Positions 48,045 to 48,151 of a DNA stretch of 48,151 nucleotides are shown here, piece after piece. The number at the start of each line of letters is the position of its first letter. Within the stretch, counting starts at the first letter, position 1. This DNA is from Deltaproteobacteria bacterium (GTDB taxonomy: Bacteria > Desulfobacterota > GWC2-55-46 > UBA9637), in NCBI GenBank assembly GCA_016200645.1, contig JACQEJ010000096.1:1-48151 (forward strand), in the 5' to 3' direction. The position numbers were made by a program, and so were the translations under genes. The notes under the pieces were generated by a model that was not told the origin of the DNA, did no database searches, and saw nothing but the letters and a program-made list of their open reading frames with translations.

Positions 48045-48073
48045 TTGACCCATGCCTGTTTTCTTGCTACTAT
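48045..48073 (+). promoter_or_regulatory. Sigma70-like promoter for a gene starting at the window edge
   Basis: TTGACC 48045-48050, 17-nt spacer, TACTAT 48068-48073. The leader ends with aaaggaggtctaacgagg (48134-48151), almost identical to the permease leader 42993-43010. Confidence 0.45.
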
Positions 48074-48151
48074 CCTTTCATTATCATGCAACGAGGTTCT
48101 TTAAAGAAAGTTTTTCAAGAATTCTAACAGACGAAAGGAGGTCTAACGAGG

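Overview
This 48.1-kb chromosomal window holds about 40 protein genes and 3 tRNAs, mostly housekeeping. Plus strand: a GH57 glucan enzyme (5'-truncated), kdsC, an HPF/cold-shock-domain fusion, dnaE and accA. These are followed by an aromatic amino-acid operon (chorismate mutase/prephenate dehydratase fused to a HisC-type aminotransferase, DAHP synthase, tyrA, aroA, cmk, ispH). Last on this strand is a sulfur-assimilation block (cysM, JAMM peptidase, MoeB/ThiF E1, radical-SAM-like protein, DASS permease, usp, cysC, cysH, sat). Minus strand: nadA, gatB, an M48 peptidase, tRNA-Pro, merR-ihfA-pheT-pheS-rplT-rpmI-infC-thrS-tRNA-Val, ppc, a CheY-like regulator, an 1160-aa hybrid kinase with a degenerate GGDEF domain, a secreted protein and tRNA-Ser. 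Three things stand out. (1) The aro operon is split between tyrA and aroA by a ~3.5-kb islet with two parts. The first is an MNT/HEPN toxin-antitoxin pair bracketed by a 123-bp duplication of the tyrA 3' end. The second is a beta-class DPPY DNA methyltransferase translationally coupled to a visibly A+T-rich 449-aa uncharacterised gene, plus a 53-codon acidic ORF. The 449-aa protein has an endonuclease-III-like helix-hairpin-helix signature and a Cys-rich tail, so this is a candidate non-canonical methylation-linked module (glycosylase-type restriction, or Mig/Vsr-like repair). (2) The window is saturated with unusual short repeats. Most of the short intergenic spacers between co-directional genes are hairpins whose arms are tandem, mostly 7-nt words and their complements. 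The same words, plus at least three palindromic element families (e.g. CCCCCACACCAAA..TTTGGTGTGGGGG), sit in frame inside essential genes without breaking the ORFs. Affected genes are gatB, dnaE, pheT, the hisC part of the fusion, tyrA, ppc, the kinase, the JAMM gene and GH57. (3) The cysM-JAMM-E1 triad resembles the CysO-thiocarboxylate cysteine pathway, but no ThiS/MoaD-like carrier or sulfite reductase ORF is visible. An unusual CX8CX2C radical-SAM-like gene follows the triad directly. Taxonomy cannot be fixed without a database search; gene order suggests a Nitrospirota/Desulfobacterota-like Gram-negative (inference only).
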